A stretch of 64,000 nucleotides of DNA from an uncultured virus (IMG/VR IMGVR_UViG_3300042364_000900). Taxonomy: Duplodnaviria; Heunggongvirae; Uroviricota; Caudoviricetes. This document shows, one piece after another, positions 62,849-64,000 of the stretch. Where the stretch lies: IMG/VR virus record IMGVR_UViG_3300042364_000900; one strand, given 5' to 3'. Position numbers and translations under genes: made by a program. The notes under the pieces were generated by a model that worked only from the letters and a program-made list of their open reading frames with translations, made no database searches and had not been told where the DNA came from. Each line of letters starts with the position of its first letter. Position 1 is the first letter of the stretch.

Positions 62849-63050
62849 GTAATCAAAGACCTGGCGAACGCCATTAACCCGATTACTAAGCACCGAAAGA
62901 TACCCAATCTCTGGAGTCAGGGAACTAACGCGAACCCGGATTTCGGGTTCGATCGATAGGTACGCCTGAGTGATATTTCTAGTTCGCTCCGGGATAGCAA
63001 AAAGCAACCAGTAATCGCTCTTGACTAAAAACTTTCGCTCAATATCCTGT

Positions 63051-64000
63051 TTAGGCATTGATGTGCTCCAGTTGCAAAATGCGACTCGGGCTCATCCCGA
63101 CAGTTACTTGAAACTCTGGCGGCAATACATCCTCAAACATTGAAAGGAAGCAGTAGGAGCATTTCAGGCACTTTTTGGCGGGAATGTACTCACTCCACAC
63201 CATCCAAGAGTTCACGCCGTACAACACTCCTTCGCCATTGCCATCAGGCATTGAAAAGCGGGGATGGAGCCGCACGTTGCTATTTTCACCAGGGGGAATT
63301 GTGGGATCTGTTGCCAGCATTCCACCTGTCAGGAAGCGCGCTAACGACATCTCGCCCCAGGACGGAACACTGCCGTCCCATGCCCGAACGTTAATGTAGG
63401 GTGCTCCCATGTCGGGAGTCTTGGGGCAGTTGGTGCAACATAGGGTGCATTGCGATCGCACCTCCACGCCGCACCGCTGATACCGTTCCGAGGCGGTATG
63501 CACTTCAACCTGAAAGCCGAGATAGCGAAGCAATTCTACACTATCGGCGACCGGCTGGATGAACTGAGCGGCACCTGCACAGGAGTCTTTCAGGGAACAG
63601 CGATCGCACCCAACGAATTTAGGCGCAACGTAGTACGGGTTGAGGCTGCGGGGCTTGCCTGACAATGCCGCTACTGCACATTGGGTTCGAGTCCAGTAGG
63701 GAATACCCAGATCTTCCGCAAGTTGCACCATTTGCTCTGCTGTTATCTGCGGCGTCAACTTTAGGGTTCGCATCCAGTTTTGTGCATCTGGAGCGGGAAT
63801 ATTTTGCAACCCCGCATCGTTAACGACGCGATTGTCACCACGGAATCCAGAAGAAATGATCGCATGGCAACCGGCGTTCACCGAGCGTTCAAACATTTCC
63901 CGAATTAGCTCAGGAGAATCGTTGACTGTGTGGATAATGGGGCGGATGTAAGCAATCGCTTTTGCGCCAGCCTCACGCGCAACCGCTAGTGTGCGGTTGC
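63051..64000 (-). CDS. probable radical SAM enzyme (SPL-like) with Cys-rich C-terminal extension; 5' part outside the window
   Basis: Frame open to the window edge: AYIRPIIHTVND...AGCHAIISSGFR. Cys clusters CDRCSLKDSC, CTLCCTNC, CLKCSYC. The CX3CX2C motif is not visible here. Confidence 0.6.
   Translation of the reverse strand, partial: NRTLAVAREAGAKAIAYIRPIIHTVNDSPELIREMFERSVNAGCHAIISSGFRGDNRVVNDAGLQNIPAPDAQNWMRTLKLTPQITAEQMVQLAEDLGIPYWTRTQCAVAALSGKPRSLNPYYVAPKFVGCDRCSLKDSCAGAAQFIQPVADSVELLRYLGFQVEVHTASERYQRCGVEVRSQCTLCCTNCPKTPDMGAPYINVRAWDGSVPSWGEMSLARFLTGGMLATDPTIPPGENSNVRLHPRFSMPDGNGEGVLYGVNSWMVWSEYIPAKKCLKCSYCFLSMFEDVLPPEFQVTVGMSPSRILQLEHINA

Larger units (their letters stand above)
61169..63058 (-). 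pseudogene. CYTH-domain (triphosphate tunnel) protein split by IS; 149 aa when rejoined (63058-62849 plus 61408-61169)
   Basis: DIERKFLV...ITQAYL...IRVR...RQVFDY joined to EIPIADA...SKVRH...WTVDKFEG...GLVIAEI...VTGDPQYSN. Confidence 0.9.

Overview
Part of a large temperate phage or phage-plasmid of a cyanobacterium. The HIP1 octamer GCGATCGC occurs throughout. No integrase, capsid, portal, sheath or tube gene was recognised in the window. Left to right: (1) an IS200/IS605 element (tnpB+tnpA) inserted in a phage sigma factor gene; (2) a long minus-strand early/DNA-metabolism operon (HNH, Mom-like, QueF-like, C5 and N6 DNA methyltransferases, degenerate MazG-like, antirepressor-like, replication initiator with internal iterons); (3) tail-assembly chaperone-like genes and ParB; (4) a minus-strand contractile-tail baseplate block whose hub appears split into two genes carrying three different peptidoglycan hydrolases; (5) a 3791-aa tape measure; (6) an accessory island with small acidic ORFs, an XRE HTH gene and an orphan 3-repeat type I-E-like CRISPR mini-array; (7) terminase small and large subunits plus an ATP-grasp enzyme; (8) a WYL regulator with a divergent small-gene/vWA operon; (9) a tightly coupled radical SAM - CYTH - NMP kinase - radical SAM operon whose CYTH gene is split by a tnpB-only IS. 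IS605-derived hairpins and non-autonomous elements, some retaining omegaRNA-like right ends, are scattered in intergenic space, and one of them is inserted silently at the tape-measure stop codon. All functional calls are by-eye motif recognition; no database search was run.
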